Under the pieces are notes generated by a model. That model searched no databases, was not told the DNA's origin, and worked only from the letters and a program-made list of their open reading frames with translations. The position numbers and the translations under genes are program-made. Source: the human T2T-CHM13v2.0 reference genome, Homo sapiens. Taken from it: 64,000 nucleotides of DNA. Within the stretch, counting starts at the first letter, position 1, and each line of letters begins with the position of its first letter. This document shows, piece after piece, positions 26,257 to 41,729 of the stretch. The stretch lies in assembly GCF_009914755.1 (NCBI RefSeq), contig NC_060945.1. One strand, 5' to 3'.

Positions 26257-28329
26257 CGTTGGAGAAAATATCAGTTTTGAGCATGTACATATGCATAGAC
26301 TAATAAGTTTCTATTAAGAGTCCTAAATTCTCTCAGAGGGCCAATATCTCACAAAAGGCTTTTATTAGACATGTGCTTCCTCTACACAGAGTAAATGTAC
26401 TTGAATTTAAAGTGTCTGTAGAGATTGTTGAGTAATCTAAAATTTGCCTGTTTACATTGCCATATTTAGAGAAATCCAAGTTCAGTGAGATGAATAGGAA
26501 AGATATGCTCAAGTTACTGTACTTCAAATGTATACTGATCTTCTTTCACTTGTTTTCATCTAAGCCTACATTTGTCTTCTTAGAGTTCTAAGGTAAGGAA
26601 CCAGAATTACTCTCAGTAATGTTGAAAGTGAGATTTAATAGTGTGGTATGGATAGTTGCAATAGGAAAAGACTTTTAAGTAATGAGGAAAAAATGTCAGG
26701 TAAGACTCAACTTCTCCTTTTTCTCATATTACATAATCAAGGAAAGGTTTAATATCAGCTGGATCAGAAATTCAGTAATACTCACTTTCAGAAGAAAGTG
26801 GTATATTGCCATGTGATGCATTCAAACTGCATAACTTTCAGGATTCACGCAGTAGGAACTAAGAATAAGACTACAGAATAGTGAAAGTATCATTCACAAA
26901 CAAAATGCTGAGTAATTTGGAAAGACAAATATGTCTATAACTAGTACAGTCTGACAAGGGCTGTTATGATATACAGGTATAGATCAATTAGAAAGAGCAT
27001 AAAGAAAGAAGAAGGGCTACAACATCAAAAATAGCACATATATTTTCCTCAGAGTTAAAGAGCCGTAGAGGTAATCAACATTGCATGATAGACAATCCCT
27101 GATAGTACTTGTAGTTTGTGTGCGCATTTCATTCAAACTTTGGTTTCTGATATTCCTAATATGTGAAGCCACATTTTAGCCTAAAAATAAAAAGAATCAC
27201 TGAATATATTTAAAGGAAATAGAAATGCCTAATTATGTTTGTACCTAAAATGTTGGGGCCCAAAGTAATAAGATGAATTATACAACAACCTTATTTAATG
27301 AAGATTCAGTAGCAATTTCTTATTTTTGGTGTTGCTGAATATTCTGTTTTCACTCCCCCAAAGTTAGAGGACATAGTAGCACTCTCCTTTTGCTTCCTTA
27401 TTAAAAAGATAAATTACTATCTCATCCCACAGAGAATATTGTAACTAACTTTATTTTTTAAATCATCAAATACATCTCAAATCATAATAAGTGTAGTGCA
27501 TATAAGAGGCAGTAAAATGCTGAGCTGCCTTAAACTATTACATTTTAAACTCATAGAAACTCTGAAATATTCTAAATTATTATGCCAAAAATCATGCCAA
27601 TTAATCAGTATAATTGGATAGCCTCAATTAAGAAAAATAAAATTATAGAAAACACAGAAAATTAGAAATAACTGTAAGTATTCTTTCTTGAAGTGGAGAA
27701 AACTTCTCATTAGATATTTATACTATTCTAGACTCTGTTGACATTATTACTTATTATTGAAGAAAATCTCAGAAATAGACATGTTTTATTTTAACAGCAG
27801 TAAAATGCAGAAATAAAGAATGTAATAGATTTATTTCATTTTCCAAGTGGCTTCATCTCAAGACAATTCAGCATCATGTAAATGTAACAGTAATATGCCT
27901 TTTCCCAAAACACACTGAGTCTTCTTATCTCTAAAACTGATTCCTTTAAACTTTTAAAGTTTTCACTCTAAGACAAGATGATTAAGGGTAAAGCGATATT
28001 AATGCTTCTTGGAAACGATCGTATCACTTTCCCTGACCTTCAAATTACATATATCATTTGTCTTTGGCAAAACTACACCATTGCTCAATGTTGTGGACAG
28101 CAAAATTAATCTGGCATTATTAATAACATCAGCAATGAAATAAAAAGTTAACTGAGCTTACATTTTTTATAACCCCAGGAGTTTTAAAACCATGTTAAGA
28201 GCTTTAGTGTGATGACAGAAAATTTGTGCTGTGGCATAAATGATATGACAAGTCAAACAAAACATATCATTGAAAAGACTATATTAATTCAGCAATATTT
28301 TTATTGTATTTTGAATACATTTTATACTA

Positions 28330-29315
28330 CGGTTAGGAAAAAAAAAAACAACTCCAGCTGTTTTTCCTCTGCTCTCACATCACAGCAATCAACATAAGAC
28401 TTATATGACAAGATGTGTAGGGATCTCTCCCTACCAGCAAGCAAGCAATCAATTATTCAGCCAACACCAGCTTGCTGTCCTCCATTTGTCTTCTGACTAT
28501 TTCTCTGGGGATAGCATCAGATTCCACAGGCCCAGTCGCACAAGACTGCCCCCACTTCCAATGTCAATCACAAGCCCCAGGTTGTTTAACTTGTGCTTCT
28601 AACCAACCGCCTGTAAATTGGTATTCCCACAACCCCCTCCTTGGGTTTGATAAACTTGTTAGAGCAGCTTACTGAACTCCAGGAAACGGGTTTATTACAA
28701 AAGATATTCCAAAGGGTGCAGATGAAGAGATGCATAGGGAAAGGTATGAGGGAAGGCTCACAAAGCTTCAATGTTCTCTCCGGCCTTGCTATCTTCCAGG
28801 AACCTCCACATGTTCCGTTTTCTGGAAGCTCTTCAAACTCTTTCCTCTTGGGCCTTCTATGGAAATTTCATTGAATAGGCATGACTGAAGCATGAACAAC
28901 TGTGTACAAATGCAATTGGACAAAGGGGTATAATCTAATAGTCACAGACTGAGTGGGAAAATCCAGCAAGGTCTGTCGGTGGAGATTTCATCTTGGCCTC
29001 TGTGCAGCATTCCTTTCTCCATGGTATGGCACAGGACCGCCTCTGAAATGCAGCTCATATGACCTATGATCAAACAAGGTAGGTTAGAGAAATTTTTGTA
29101 TGGCCAGCTCCAAGGTACAAAGGTAGGGGAAGATTTCTACCCTTTGGAGAAAAAGGAGCAGGTAAAAGGAGGACTGGAGAAAGTCAGAAAGAGAAATTCT
29201 GTTTTCTGAGGCCTGCTTCTGGGGCCCAAAGTGCCCCAACATTATAAGAAAAGACTAATGAGAGCTTTGAGAGTCATGAGCCAGGATGTGTGGATAGAAA
29301 CATATTTAAATATTC
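28330..29315 (-). mobile_element. MER21A-like solo LTR
   Basis: GCATCAGATTCCACAGG...CACAAGACTGCCCCCACTTC...ACCCCCTCCTTGGGTTTGAT...GAGTCATGAGCCAGGA match the recalled MER21 consensus. Confidence 0.8.
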
Positions 29316-31651
29316 TCCATCTCCTAATATAACGATGTGAAAAGGGAAATAAATTGGAACCACAAGAAATAGTGGCAAAGGTTTGGAAAGCTTAAGTCAA
29401 AATGTGTTGTTCATAAATACGGTCTGAATAATTTGAACATTTTCTGTTAATGGTATTTGTTCAACTATAATGATATTTTCCAGCCAAGATATAATTGGCA
29501 ATGTCAAAGTCACACACAGATGGGTAAAATGGCCAATGTCTCTGGAAAATCTTGATAATAACTTTTTAGTATCTCTGGTGCAAGGTCACTTAAATTCAGA
29601 AAATAGCACCCAAGGAAAAAATAGCCATATTCAAAAAAATAAGCTCCATATATTTAGATGTAGATATAAATTTGGGGTGATTTATTTCTTATTAGACACT
29701 AATATTTTTTAAAACAGAGAATGACAAATAAGGAAATTTTGCAGTTAACTATGTCCTAATGAAAAAGGGTAGTAGTTTTACAAGAAAGATATAATTCATC
29801 AAAAAGGCAGGGAAGCATTCAGACTAAACATTGAGTATGTTTGGAAATAATAAAAATTATTGTTTCTTTTACCAACATCAACAATCTTTTCAAATTAATT
29901 TATAAAACTGTCATCTCTGTTCACTAATTTTGAATTACTCATATTATTTTTAATTTTGAATACTTATAATATTACTTACTAATTTTTAATTAATTTTGAT
30001 ATACCTATATCACTGTTTTGAATTGATCTATGAATGATCTAGAAATGACTTTGCTTGTTTTTTTTTTTGACTCATGGGTATTTACTTTTCATTAGGTAAT
30101 TTTAATGTATTGTTAACTAGAAAAATAAGATGAAGAAAAAAACATTTTAAATGCAAAATATAAATTTAAAGAACTTCAAAAGAATAAAATTTCAGTTTTA
30201 TGTCTTTCAAGTAAATTTGCTGTTTTCAAAATTATTTTTTGTTACAAACCTATTTTATTTCAAAAAATATGCTATTGTTTTTAACCTATAATTTTTAAAT
30301 ATCTGACAGCATTGTAGGACTTAAAGCTATTAAATATATAAAGATATAATAGAACTTATTGGAAATATTCAAGGAAAAACTAACATATTCTTTAAAAACA
30401 TTTTAATTTTTAAATTCTATGTTAATTGACTTTTTGATACATATTTTACTTTTCCTTCACTTCTTTTGTCAATTCTTAAAAATGTCTTTCTTCATAATTT
30501 TTGGCAATTAGTTTTTACACTTTAATAGCAAACATTGCCATAAAAGTGAAATTAAGCATTAATTAATTTTATGTCTGCAGGCAGAGTGATTTCCTTAGGG
30601 AATCAATTTTAATAGAGAGAACTATGTTTGTACCTGGCAGGATATTCACAGAAATAAAATATTTATTGGCTATCTACTTTGTTTAAGACCTCTTAACAAA
30701 CCATAACTTATTAAAGCATAAAGTAACATACATAGTAAATACTTTTAAAATCTGTAAACAACTAATTCCTTTCTTCTTGTGAAGTCTTGTTTAGATCATT
30801 AAAGTAATAGCAGATTTTCTCACAACAGGTTTGTGAATATTGTCTGTTTAACATGAAAACTATAAAAAAATTAAAGACAATTGATATATATTTATTCAAC
30901 TATGTCAACTCAAAGATGATCTGCAATTGTTTTCTGAATAACTTATTAATAATGCTTAGGCCCCTTTGTTGAACATGCTTTTATTTGTGTAAATAAGAAT
31001 TCATTTAAAAATACATTGTACAACTTCAACACATTGTGTGTCCCTGAAGGTACTCTGAGATTTTGCAGTTATAGTATAAATGAGACAAAACGGCAGAGAA
31101 AATATTCCCCATGTGTAATTCTTTCTACATTTATTTCCCACATCAATCTCACAAGTGTTTTTATTTCACACTGATTGATATCATTGAGCACATACCTCAA
31201 TATCTATTATCACAAAAACTATCATTATCAACAAGGACTTTAAAAAATATCTAAACATTATTATCTGGGTAGCAACTCTATACTCCATTTTATCCATTAA
31301 TTTTGTCTAATTAGTAAAGAAGTACTTATGGTAAAAACAAATTAAAAATAGTACAGAAAACATACTCCTGTATGCAATTATTACAAATATTTTATTTAGT
31401 TCCTATAAAGTATTTACATAGCTGAGATCACTATATAATATTATACTCATGTTACTTTATGTCCTAACTTTATATCAGAAAAAGCTTCCCATACTAATAA
31501 ATGTAAACTACTGTCAAAGAATCTATGATACCTACTCAATAATGTTTACATGAATAAATATGATTTATGTAAGCATTATCTTGCAGATGGACACTTTATT
31601 TCTTCCCAAACTTCATAGAGTAATTTTAATGCTACAGTAATGACGTACATA

Positions 31652-32098
31652 CAATTGACCCTTGAACAATGCAAAGCTTAGGGAGGCTTAACCTAACACA
31701 GTTGAAAATCCGTGTATACATTTTAACTCTCCAAACACTTAACTAGTAGTAGTCAACTGTTGACCAGAAGCCCTACCGATAATATTAACAGTTAATACAT
31801 ACTTTGTATGTTATATGCATTATATACTGCATTCATAAATAAAGTAAACTAGAGAAAAGAAAATGTTATTAAGAAAATCATAAGAAGGAGAAAATACATT
31901 TACTCTTCATTAACTTGAAGTGGATCATCATAAAGGTCATCATCCTTGTTGGTCATAGCTTCACACTGAGTGAGCTAAGTAGGAGAAAGGGATAGAGGAA
32001 GGGTTGGTTTTGCTGTAGCTGGGGTGGCAGAAGCTGAAGAAAATTCATGGATAACTGGACCCTTGAAGTTCAAATCTGTGTTGTTCAAGGGTCAGCTG
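31652..32098. mobile_element. Tigger2a (MER28) non-autonomous DNA transposon, full length
   Basis: TIRs CAATTGACCCTTGAACAA / TTGTTCAAGGGTCAGCTG, TA on both sides, 447 bp. Confidence 0.9.
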
Positions 32099-32395
32099 TA
32101 TATAAATTTTATTTTCATTACTTGGAATTTGGTAAGATTGGCTTACCAGGAGGATAATTACTAAATTAATTTTTATAAATCTTTAAAAGTTGTTAACATA
32201 TGTTGCCAAATCACTTTCCAGAAAATTACACCAACTTACTCTAACAACAATATATGAGGGTTATAATGTCTTTATCGGGACTGGATATATGTTATTGAAA
32301 ATACAAAACACATGTTTAATTATTTCTGACACTGTGGCATTCATTATTGCTAATATGAAATACCAGTATAATACATACCTACATCTATATGTCTA

Positions 32396-33348
32396 CATCA
32401 AATTCCATTATTTGTGAATTCCATATTTGCAACTTCTCCAAGATGTATTAAATTTATGTGTTATCTCAAAAATCCATACTCACTCATACTTTCCCGGTCT
32501 TTTTTTTTAACATGCACAGAATAAAAAAATTTGATTTTCTCAATGTGCATGCCCCCAGTTGAGGTTAAACAAAGTAATACTCTACTTTGTTATTTCATTT
32601 TTCATGCTATAAACAAGGATCTTTTTCACAGTCTATTTGGTGCTCTTTGTTGGTGATATGGCTGTTTAAAATGCCTCCCACACCCCAGAATATTGCTAAA
32701 GCTCTGTCTATTGTTCCCAAGCACAAGAAGGCTATGATGTGTCTTACAGAGAAAAATATAGTCAACTTCATTTGATGCAGGAGATTGGTTCCAGAAATCC
32801 TGGGAATACCCATATCTGGGGATGCTCAAGTTTCTTATATAAAATGGCACAGTATTTGCATACTAGGTATGCAAATCCTCCTATATACTTCAAATAATCT
32901 GCAGGTTACTTACAATAAGTAATACAGTGCAAATGCTATATAAGTAGTTGTTATACCATATTTTTAATTGTATTATTTTTCTTGTTGTATTGTTGTTTTT
33001 ACCCTAATATTTTCAATACACAATAGGTTGAATTCACAGATGTGGGACCTGCAAAGGTTTGATGTTATGTGTGTTAGGTAAGGTTTGTTCAGGCATGCGT
33101 TTTAGTGCTGTTGGCTGATGAGAGTTCAATGTTAATAAATCAGCAATATATCTTAAGTAAGGTGTCTCAAAACAGAAGCACACATCAAACAAGATTACAT
33201 ATTGATTAGCTGATGAAAATGTTGTGACCAGAGGCTCACAACAAACTAACCCCGTATTTCCTTTGCAAGCAATGATTTAATATTTGCTAATTTCTTGTTT
33301 GCCACAACTTTATAGAACATAAATACTGCAAATAACAAAATTTGACTA
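32396..33348. mobile_element. MER82-type TcMar-Tigger element, interrupted by MER2
   Basis: GCTGTTTAAAATGCCTCCCA...AAGAAGGCTATGATGTGTCTTACAGAGAAAAATA resumes after the insert as TGTGTGTTAGGTAAG...GAAAATGTTGTGACCAGAGGCTC. Confidence 0.8.
32759..33066. mobile_element. MER2/MER2B DNA transposon nested in MER82
   Basis: GATTGGTTCCAG...GGATGCTCAAGT...TATAAAATGGCACAGTATTTGCATA...GGTTGAATTCACAGATGTGG. Confidence 0.8.
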
Positions 33349-33662
33349 TTGCTATCTATCCATATATAAACCTAGTCTGCAAAAATAAAGGGGATATTAC
33401 TCAAGAACTTAAAAGAAAAAGAAACCTGAAAAACAGAATGGTATGCAGATGATGACGTTTTACCTACCGTGGACACAGTAGGAACAAAGCAGCTTATGTA
33501 TTAGCATCTATGTCACAGGAAATAAGACTCTGGATTTTGCAAGATGATGGACTATAAATAAGAATCCTGGATAAACACAGTACTAAACTGCACACAGGAA
33601 TGAGGAGCCAGAATGAGTCCATCCACCAGCAAGTATAAAAAATAAAGAAATACGTCTCCTTC

Positions 33663-34069
<407 letters not shown>

Positions 34070-34780
34070 TCAAATTTACATTGCCTTCAAAGACAGGGTA
34101 ACTCCAGCCTAGACATTTATGGTAACATGGTACATAGCCTGAAGCATCTGAGAGCAATAGAAGCAAAACCTCTTTGGTGTAAACACCCAAAATACAGGTT
34201 CAAAACATTCCCATGAACAAAGCCGTATAACATAAACACATTGAAAGACATTGGATTACCAATTAACTATAAGAATAAGAAGAAATATAAATAGCACAAT
34301 TATATCCAAAACATTCATATAACAAAATTATATATATATAAATTTATTTAAATAAGCATAATTATTAAAGAAGATATTTAAAATACGACCAAGTACAAGC
34401 ATGGCTTAAAAATAAAAACATTAAAATCTTAAAGATAAAAAAGTTATTGAACTGTAAGCTAGATATGGAAAAAAATTCAGAAAAAAATTAAAAAGTGAAG
34501 CAAAGGTTGACAAATATGGAAGCCATAAACCTATGCACTATCATTTGTTCACGTAGATCTCTAAAAGGGAAAGAAAACAAGCATAGAGTTATGAGGCAAT
34601 ATTTCAAAAGTTAACTATTTAGGATATTCCCAACTTCGTAAGGAGATTTGGCTTATTTTTAAAAAAGCACAATTCCAAGCATAACAACACGAAACAGTCA
34701 TATTCTTCTATACTGAAAGCACATTGAGATACTTGGTAAAACTGCGGAACACTGAAGAAAAAAAGGTCTCTTAAAATTCA

Positions 34781-35175
<395 letters not shown>

Positions 35176-35208
35176 GTATATATATACACACACACATATT
35201 TATATGTA

Positions 35209-35249
<41 letters not shown>

Positions 35250-36003
35250 GGCACAGCAAGTTTTTATGACAGTAATGAAAAAGGTAAACATAAGTCAAAA
35301 GAAAGCTGGTGAATATTAATAACTGTCAGACACAATTAGAAGTACTTCAAAAATTTTAAATGATAAAGATTTCTGCACTGGAACAACAATTTGTCAAGAA
35401 CATATTCCAAATAATAAGGAACCTAATAATAAGATCTCAAAGATATTTTTAAAATATAATTGTCAAATATTAATTTACATATTAATGTAATTGGCTAAGC
35501 TACTACATTTCTTGGATATTTAAACACAGTTGGTCAGTCATTTATATATTTGGTAAACAAAATGAGAAAAAAATAGATTATTTAGGAAACAAAATTTACA
35601 ACCTGATGATGTATACAGCTGAAACTTTGTACTCAAACCGTTAATCTTTTAAAGTATAGTGAGATTACAGAGTCTGCAACCAAGTTAGAAAATTGGATTT
35701 AATGATAAGACTGCCTGCTGCTGTGATCCCAGTGTACAGTGAAATATTGAGTGTGGACCACTAACAATAGGAGCTTTGTACCTGTAAAGAGCCTCTAAAA
35801 GTCGGATGTCCCACTGCAAAGCTCTACCTGCTATGCCAGGAATCGATTATGAGTAGCATCTAATTTTTTTGTTCCCAGATAAAATACCATCTGGATGCCT
35901 CTGATGGCAGAGTTTAAGTTGCATGTCCCTGCCTTGGCCCAAATTACGTTCTACTTTCTGCCTTTAGGAGGCAGGATTTCTATTAGAAGATGATTCTTCC
36001 TGG

Positions 36004-36052
36004 ATCTATCTATCTATCATTGATCTATCTATCCACCTACCTATCTATCTAT
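36004..36052. repeat. (TCTA)n imperfect tetranucleotide repeat
   Basis: Seen directly. Confidence 0.85.
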
Positions 36053-36059
36053 ATTTTTC

Positions 36060-36480
36060 TAATGTTCCCACAAGGTCCTAACATTCTAAGCAACAAAATC
36101 AGCATTCTATAAAGGCAGAACATATCCTTTCTGCCTGAAACATTTGCTCTTTATATTTTGCAGGCATTAAACTTGGAGCTAATATTTTATGATAGAGCCA
36201 ATACTGATCTCATTCAAAGAGTAATGCTACCTTCTCATCTCTTCTGTTGCCAGATGCTCATGTCCTGGGATAGAGACAAGTCTCCCAATCCCTAAGAAAC
36301 GATTTGCTTACATTCCATAGTAAAAATAATTGCTCCCTCTTTTTTCAGAGGGGAAGGGGGCAGATATTTCCATACCTATATAAACTCTGAGATTAATAAT
36401 TTCAGAGTTCCACTCCTTGTGATGTCACTGCATTGTATATACAGGTGTAACCATTTGGTTCTTAGTATTACTCTGTGCAG
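36060..36480 (+). mobile_element. Possible ERVL-class LTR fragment (MER77/MER68-like)
   Basis: GATTTGCTTACATTCC...GAGGGGAAGGGGGCAG...TATATAAACTCTG...AATTTCAGAGTTCC resembles this group; family uncertain. Confidence 0.35.
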
Positions 36481-36599
36481 TGTTGGCTGCTCTTATTGTT
36501 GAGAATTATAAAGATCCAACCTGATTCAGAGGATATATATCAAATGGGTAACATCTCAGATGCTTCTCAATTTCTGACTGAACAATTTTAGTTTCATAA

Positions 36600-36908
<309 letters not shown>

Positions 36909-38124
36909 TGATACAATTCAACCAGTTTTAATAAAAATTATTGTCAAACCATAAATAGAGATCAAATTCTGGAATGGATGAAATGTATACACCAAATTCT
37001 ACAATAATCTAATTCTAAATGTTGGAACATTAGAATAATTCTTAAAACAGGAACAAAATCAATGCTTCTATGCAACAATATAGTGGTGGTCTTATTCAAA
37101 AGAGACAAAGGTGTAAGAATACAAAAGAAAACAGCAAACTTTTCATTATTATGAATAATATAATTCTCTCCTTAGATGATTCCATTTCATCTACAAATAA
37201 AATGTTAGAATAAATAAGTTTATTAAGTTATTTCAATGTAAAATTAATATGAAAAATTTAATTACATTTTTGTATGCCAGAAGCAATTAGAAAACAAGTA
37301 TTTTATATAGGACTATTTATAACATGGACCAAGACTATAGAATACCCAGCAATACAAGTAACTAATATGTGTAAGACTACTGGAGAGAAAATAATTTTAA
37401 AATTATTTATAGATATTTAAAGATGATCATAATTGAGATTAATATGTTCGAAAGGAGAAGAAAATTCATTTTTTAAATTAATTTATAAAATTTATGAGAT
37501 TTTAGTTAAAGCTCAGCAGGATGAAGCTTCCCAATTAATTAAAAAATGTGTTTTGAAAAGCAAAAGGAAAACAATAGAAAAAATATTTTAAGCTACAAAA
37601 GTTGAGTGAGATAATCTAGTTGTGGATATACAATAAATTTATAGTAATTAAAAAGTATAATATGAGTGTGAAATAAGCAATTGATCTAGCAAACAGAATA
37701 TATGGTGTATTGAAAGAAGTACAAATATATAACAACCAGATATATGACACAGGTGGCATTGAAAATTAATGGGAAAACAATAAACTGTGCAAAAACAACC
37801 ATTATCCATGTGATAGCCATGTCCATATCGATACATATGTGATATCCAGATCCTTATATGTGACATCCAGATCCAGATCCACATATACAGTGCATCTGTA
37901 TATGCACTGTGCAAAAAAAATAAAAAATAAAAAAGCTGTTCCGGTTATCCTAAAGCTTTTATTTGTTCATTTATCATATCAATTGGAACTCTTTTGAAAA
38001 TGACAAGATGTACTTACTAGATAGAATTCCAGAACAAGAGGATTAAACTGAGCCTTATCTGGGCAAATTGTGAATTTAGTCTTAAGTGCAAAAAGTGTGG
38101 AAAACTTCTTAATCTAAGAAAAAC

Positions 38125-38215
38125 TTAATTGAGCATTGTGTGTTTAGTCTCTCATTTAATCCCCATGAAAATCCTATGGTCTAGATATTACTATTATCCT
38201 TATTCTATTACCTTT
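38125..38215 (-). mobile_element. MIR core fragment
   Basis: TCTCATTTAATCCCCATGAAAATCCTATG...TACTATTATCCTTATT. Confidence 0.55.
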
Positions 38216-39391
38216 TTCAAGTGTTGGATAGAAGATTTCTAGTTAGGAAGAAGAAATTGCTGTCTTGATAATTGGTGGGATAAAAGTCCAAAATATTTAC
38301 AATATGAAACTAAGCTTATGTTTTATTGAAAAGCTCATAATATGCCTAAAAAACTGATCTTAATTAATTTTAATTTCTCTTTATTCCCTTGGAGAGAATA
38401 ACATGCTTAAAGGCTTCACTTATTTTTTTTTGGAATATGTCATATAATTATCAATGTATGATGTTTCTCCTATTCGTTCATATATTAAGTGATACTATTA
38501 CAATAAACTAAGGAAAGTATCTGCCTAAAAACAAGAGATCCAGATGGAGGGAGAATTCCAAGAGACTTTTTGGGACCAATTAAGTACACTGGTAAATACT
38601 GTGCATATTTTACGCTAGCTGTTAGAAAATGTAAATGGAGACCTGATTATCATTCCAACTGAGAACATTACATAATTGCTCCATTGACTGTACTAACTTT
38701 CAGGATGTTCACGTTCAATTTAAGGCATGCATTATCCTGACATAAAGTTCTTTGTGGCTTCTATCCTGGCATTGTAATGGACTTTTTCTTACAAATGATT
38801 AAATTACTCATATTTTTAGTGAGCATTTAAGGTCACTAGAGTCCATTTGAGGAATATTCTCATTCAAATATACCAGTGACTCACTTTTAGAAAGGAACAA
38901 TTCATTCATTTATGAATCAACCTGGATCCAATGCTCTGATATTTTAAAAGGGACCAATGTTAATTATTGAAGAGTAGATTTCATATTCATAAATATTTTA
39001 TTAATATGCCTTTATGAAATGGTTGTAAGTCCAATTCTGATCAAGATCATCTGTGTATTTTTCCCTGTTTTAAAATATTGAATCAACGACTTGAAGAGTT
39101 ATTTATTTGAAAGAGAATAGAGACGATAAATTTAACATTTTAGAAAGTAACCTATTATTTAAATGGATTTTAGATATTTGAAGGGTGATATTGCTCTGTA
39201 ATTAGAAAACTGAAGAAGCAGATATTTCAAAACAATATGAACTTAATTGGAAAAGACAGCATTTTAAACTCCACATGAAAAGCCATCCTGTTTCTCAACC
39301 TAACTAATATGTGTTTCAGTGAGATAGATGCTACTTTCTTTTTCTTTTACTTTCTTATCATACTAATAATTTTTTAAAATTTGATGTAAGT

Positions 39392-39687
<296 letters not shown>

Positions 39688-40269
39688 TTGATGTAATGTG
39701 TACAGGAAATGCATACAACTCTTAGGATAAAATAGAGATAGACAGCAGAAAAACTCTGTCTTGACAAGAATGGATGCATTCAGGGCAGTATGGCCACAGA
39801 TGAAACTCGTCTTAGATTGTGTAGTGTCCATTTCAACTCTGCAGACAGTAAAGCAAAACCAGACATGTTTATTCTTAACATGGGACTTGATGAGAATCCT
39901 TCTCAATAACAAGAAGACATAACCTGCAAATGCATGTTGTATGCAGAAAAGATCTTTAGGCGACACTGAAATAAATAAATGAAATGTAAAATGTGAGAGA
40001 CCTTTTTGAATTCACATTTAATTTTATATTATACTTAATAGAGACATATATTTCTATTAATGAATCATTTTTGTGATTTCATTAGTATCATGAAGCGTAT
40101 TTCCCATCTCAACAAAAGGCAAAATGATTCAGAATTTGATTAGGCAAATGTTATGGCCCCTGTAGCTATTCATAGACCTCTCAAGGGAATGGGTAGATAA
40201 AAATGAAAATACCTCCTAGAAAGAGTGGTGCCAAAAATCTCCAAGGGTTGTGTCAAAGAAAGTGAACAG

Positions 40270-40679
<410 letters not shown>

Positions 40680-40819
40680 TCATTAGTAAATTTAAGACAT
40701 AGCACCAGACGGTACTAGATTATCTGATTGTTCAAACACTGTAAGCACACATGTACAAACAACATAAAACCAAGACTTATCTTCTGGTTTTGGGAATCAT
40801 TTATTTTGTTTTAGATTTA

Positions 40820-40945
40820 TTCCTCCTTCACTTTCCTCCCATTCCTCTCCTTTCCTCTTCTTCTCCCTCCCCTTCAAATTCTTTTCTTCTTCTTCTTCTT
40901 CCTGTTCATTTCCTTCTTTGTCTCTTTCTCCTTCTTTTCTGTCTA
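40820..40945. repeat. CT-rich low-complexity tract
   Basis: Seen directly. Confidence 0.85.
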
Positions 40946-41089
40946 TATCTACCTACATGTTGTTAATTTACATATAATATGTATTGCTATTTTCTCCTTG
41001 AAACTGATTTTTATCCATGCATTTTATAGCCCTTAGCTTGGGGATAAAATGAAAACAATAAGAAATATTGAAATCCTCTTGAAATATTA

Positions 41090-41175
41090 CAATGCATGTC
41101 TGATGTGTTCCCAATGTCCTGAATAGTGCCTGGCTCATAGCAATTGTTCAATAATTGTTTGCTGAGTGAAGGAAT
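41090..41175 (+). mobile_element. L2 3' end fragment
   Basis: AATAGTGCCTGGCTCATAG...TCAATAATTGTTTGCTGAGTGAAGGAA. Confidence 0.6.
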
Positions 41176-41332
41176 TATTTTGCTTGCTTCTACTCTTGTT
41201 CTTCTAAAATCTTCCCATCAACAAGTTACAAAAGTTTTGAAAGATGTCTTGAGTCAGAACATACAATATTTGCTCCATAAGTACTTGAAGAAAATAAATA
41301 CTGTAAGATGACCATCTCACTTTTATATTGAA

Positions 41333-41728
41333 ACAGATGATTGAATAAAGATGTGGTATATATACACCATGGAATACTATTCTGCCATAAAAAAGAATGA
41401 AATCATGTCTTGTGCAGCAACACGGATGGAGCCAGTGGCTGTTATATTAAGTGACACAACTCAGAAACAGCAAGTCAAATACCACACGTTCTTAGTGATA
41501 TGTGGGAGATAAATGATGTGTACACATGAACATAGAGTGTGGAATTGTAACACTGAACACTTGGAAGGGTGGGAAGGTGGTGACGGATGAGAAATTATTT
41601 AATGGGTATAATGTACATAATTCAGGTGATGGATACATCGAAAGTCCAGACTTTACCACTATCCAATATATCCAGGTAACAAAACTGCACTTGTTCCCCT
41701 TAAACTTACACAAATTAAAAAATAAAAT
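41333..41728 (+). mobile_element. L1PB4/L1MA-type 3' end (5'-truncated)
   Basis: ACACCATGGAATACTATTCTGCCATAAAAAAGAATGAAATCATGTC...CAGACTTTACCACTAT...GTAACAAAACTGCACTTG, then an A tail. Confidence 0.88.
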
Positions 41729-41729
41729 C

